Source of the DNA: Terracidiphilus sp.
GTDB lineage: Bacteria; Acidobacteriota; Terriglobia; Terriglobales; Acidobacteriaceae
Assembly (NCBI GenBank): GCA_035945795.1
Contig: DASYZU010000020.1
Location: 7,199-71,198, forward strand
Direction: 5' to 3'
Length of the DNA stretch: 64,000 nt
Shown here one piece after another: positions 63,078 to 64,000 of this stretch. Each line of letters opens with the position of its first letter. Position 1 is the first letter of the stretch. Below the pieces are notes generated by a model. It worked only from the letters and a program-made list of their open reading frames with translations. It did no database searches and was not told the DNA's origin. Position numbers and translations under genes: made by a program.

Positions 63078-64000
63078 ATGAGAACTGCATCTCTTTTTCT
63101 AACGCTGGCGCTGACGGCACTCGTGTGTTCGGCGCAAAAGCGGCTGGTGCTCATCGATCAGGACGCCTCCGGCCCCGGTGGCTCCGACCAGATGGCGATC
63201 ATGTCGCTACTTGAGGCCCCGCAGGTAAAAGTGCTGGGCATCACCATCGTTACCGGCGACGCCTGGCGCGACGAGGAGACGCTGCACACGCTGCGCATGC
63301 TGGAGTTGACCGGGCACGCCGACGTTCCGGTGGCGCGCGGCGCAGTGTTTCCGCTGGTCCGCACACAGGAAGCGACGCGGCTCGCCGAATCGCTCTACGG
63401 CAAGCAAACGTACCTGGGCGCATGGCGGCAGGCGCCGGCCGCAACCGCCGCGGATGCCACGCAGGGCACCGCCGAGAGACCCAAGCCGCACGGGCCGTAC
63501 GAGATTCCGCCCATGCCCGAGGGGCAGCCAACGATCAAGGCCATCGATGAGGACGCTGCGCACTTTCTTGTCCGCCAGGTGCACGTGCACCCGCATGAGG
63601 TGACAATTTACGCCGCCGGCCCGCTGACCAATATTGCGCTGGCCATCGCCATCGATCCCGAGTTTGCTTCGCTCACAAAAGGGATAGCGCTGATGGGCGG
63701 AAGCCTGAATCCGCAGACCGACGACCCGGAGTTTGCCACCGACCCGCGCCACGAGTTCAACCTCTGGTTCGATCCCGAAGCCGCGCACATCGTGTTGCAC
63801 GCTGACTGGCCGCGCATCGACGTGACCACCGCAGACGTGTCGATCAAGGCGCCGTTTTCGGAGGAAATGCTGGATGCGATTGCGAAATCGACCACGCCGG
63901 CCGCGCGCTACATTGCGGCATGGAGCCAGAACCGCTACTACATGTGGGACGAGTTGGCCGCCTGCGCGTGGGTTGAGCCGGGGCTCATTACGAAAGAAAA
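63078..64000 (+). CDS. Exported inosine/uridine-preferring nucleoside hydrolase family protein, 3'-truncated by window edge (missing from ORF track)
   Basis: MRTASLFLTLALTALVCSAQ signal, VLIDQDASGPGGSD, LGITIVTGD, DVPVARGA, AAGPLTNIALA, LMGGS, EFNLWFDPEAAHIV, WDELA. Confidence 0.92.
   Translation, partial: MRTASLFLTLALTALVCSAQKRLVLIDQDASGPGGSDQMAIMSLLEAPQVKVLGITIVTGDAWRDEETLHTLRMLELTGHADVPVARGAVFPLVRTQEATRLAESLYGKQTYLGAWRQAPAATAADATQGTAERPKPHGPYEIPPMPEGQPTIKAIDEDAAHFLVRQVHVHPHEVTIYAAGPLTNIALAIAIDPEFASLTKGIALMGGSLNPQTDDPEFATDPRHEFNLWFDPEAAHIVLHADWPRIDVTTADVSIKAPFSEEMLDAIAKSTTPAARYIAAWSQNRYYMWDELAACAWVEPGLITKE

Noticed and set aside
1-64000. CRISPR array, rRNA, intact transposase or known anti-phage defence genes
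   Set aside because: No regularly spaced direct repeats, rRNA-like sequence, full-length transposase or recognisable defence domains were seen by eye.

Overview
A 64-kb, GC-rich bacterial chromosome window. It is very likely from an Acidobacteriota (Acidobacteriaceae-like) genome, inferred from the PadR plus ADOP permease pair, the paired VWA genes and the Oar-type TonB-dependent receptors. About 55 CDS, one tRNA-Cys(GCA), no rRNA, no CRISPR array and no intact prophage or integrase. Housekeeping genes: DAHP synthase, lpxB, rlpA, tatA, greA, ruvX, mltG, a jag-like KH/R3H gene and egtB-egtD. Accessory genes: a 15-kb carbohydrate block, GH27, an RND efflux trio and an orphan GH24 lysozyme. The most promising candidate for a new system is a translationally coupled operon at 22.8-30.0 kb. 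It encodes a FadR-type regulator, an MFS importer, a single-Cys racemase-fold protein, a split transketolase, a LarA-family epimerase, an OtnI/Hyi isomerase and a decayed GarR-like dehydrogenase, but no kinase or aldolase. This suggests a transketolase-based route for a C3/C4 sugar acid, and it sits upstream of a TonB receptor-GH39-GH3 uptake block. Features missing from the ORF track were found by reading the sequence: three internally deleted gene or element scars (garR-like, TonB receptor, IS200 mini-element), a frameshifted VOC gene, a REP-like palindrome family with one copy in frame inside egtB, a catalytically dead M1 peptidase, and several apparently leaderless genes. All functional calls come from motif recognition by eye; no database search was run.
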